Shown here piece by piece: positions 63,534-64,000 of a DNA stretch of 64,000 bases. Source of the stretch: Allosphingosinicella sp. (GTDB lineage: Bacteria > Pseudomonadota > Alphaproteobacteria > Sphingomonadales > Sphingomonadaceae); contig DATMVG010000103.1 of the NCBI GenBank assembly GCA_035563315.1, positions 14,602 through 78,601 on the forward strand, in the 5' to 3' direction. Numbering within the stretch: position 1 is the stretch's first letter; each line of letters starts with the position of its first letter. The notes under the pieces were generated by a model. That model saw nothing but the letters and a program-made list of their open reading frames with translations, was not told where the DNA came from and ran no database searches. The position numbers and the translations under genes are program-made.

Positions 63534-63956
63534 ATGACCCGCAGCATCGACATCGAGGCGCTCTGCGCCGAAAAGGGCCTGCGCATCACGGAGCAGCGGA
63601 AGGTCATCGCCCAGGTCCTCTCCGAGGCCGAGGACCATCCCGACGTCGAGGCGCTGCACGCCCGGGCCTCGGCGGTCGATCCGGGAATCTCGATCGCCAC
63701 CGTCTACCGCACCGTCAGGCTGTTCGAGGAGGCCGGGATCCTCGAGCGCCACGATTTCGGCGACGGCCGGGCCCGCTACGAAGCGGCGGCCGAGACCCAT
63801 CACGACCATCTCATCGACGTCGAGACCGGCAACGTCATCGAGTTCGTCGACGAAGAGCTCGAGGCGCTTCAGCGCCGGATCGCCGAAAAGCTCGGATTCC
63901 GCCTCGTCGACCACCGCATGGAGCTCTACGGCGTCGCCCTGAGCCGCGACCATTAG
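63534..63956 (+). CDS. fur: Fur-family regulator
   Basis: GLRITEQR, ISIATVYRT, HHDHLI. Confidence 0.92.
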   Translation: MTRSIDIEALCAEKGLRITEQRKVIAQVLSEAEDHPDVEALHARASAVDPGISIATVYRTVRLFEEAGILERHDFGDGRARYEAAAETHHDHLIDVETGNVIEFVDEELEALQRRIAEKLGFRLVDHRMELYGVALSRDH

Positions 63957-64000
63957 GGCATGCGCCTGATCTTGCGGACGGCGGCGATGGCGGCCGGACT

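Overview
High-GC alphaproteobacterial chromosome segment (gene content and order fit Sphingomonadaceae; this is inferred). About two thirds of it is a ~41.2 kb HK97-like siphovirus prophage (1752-42986) integrated into the 3' end of tRNA-Gly(TCC), bounded by an exact 23-bp direct repeat and using a large serine recombinase. The prophage has a lambda-like CI/Cro switch with five 14-bp operators, an early region (SF2 helicase + DNA methyltransferase, MazG-like protein, TGT/DpdA-like protein, primase-polymerase/D5 helicase), head, tail and lysis genes, and a right-end accessory region. The host flanks carry nhaA on the left and phoX, xth, azoR, alkA, rlmB, uppP, tsaB, rimI, mucR and fur on the right. 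Most notable observations: (1) the att core lies inside the integrase gene, so excision swaps its C-terminus from RTRVTSLEG to a hydrophobic, degron-like QPSEYSFLTAVV; (2) a stand-alone deazaguanine-transglycosylase-like cassette; (3) a HIRAN-transmembrane gene in the immunity region; (4) a LexA-boxed unknown gene next to attR; (5) an orphan DUF4157-like putative toxin in the host flank. All family assignments come from motif recognition by eye, and GC differences were judged by eye. No database searches were run.
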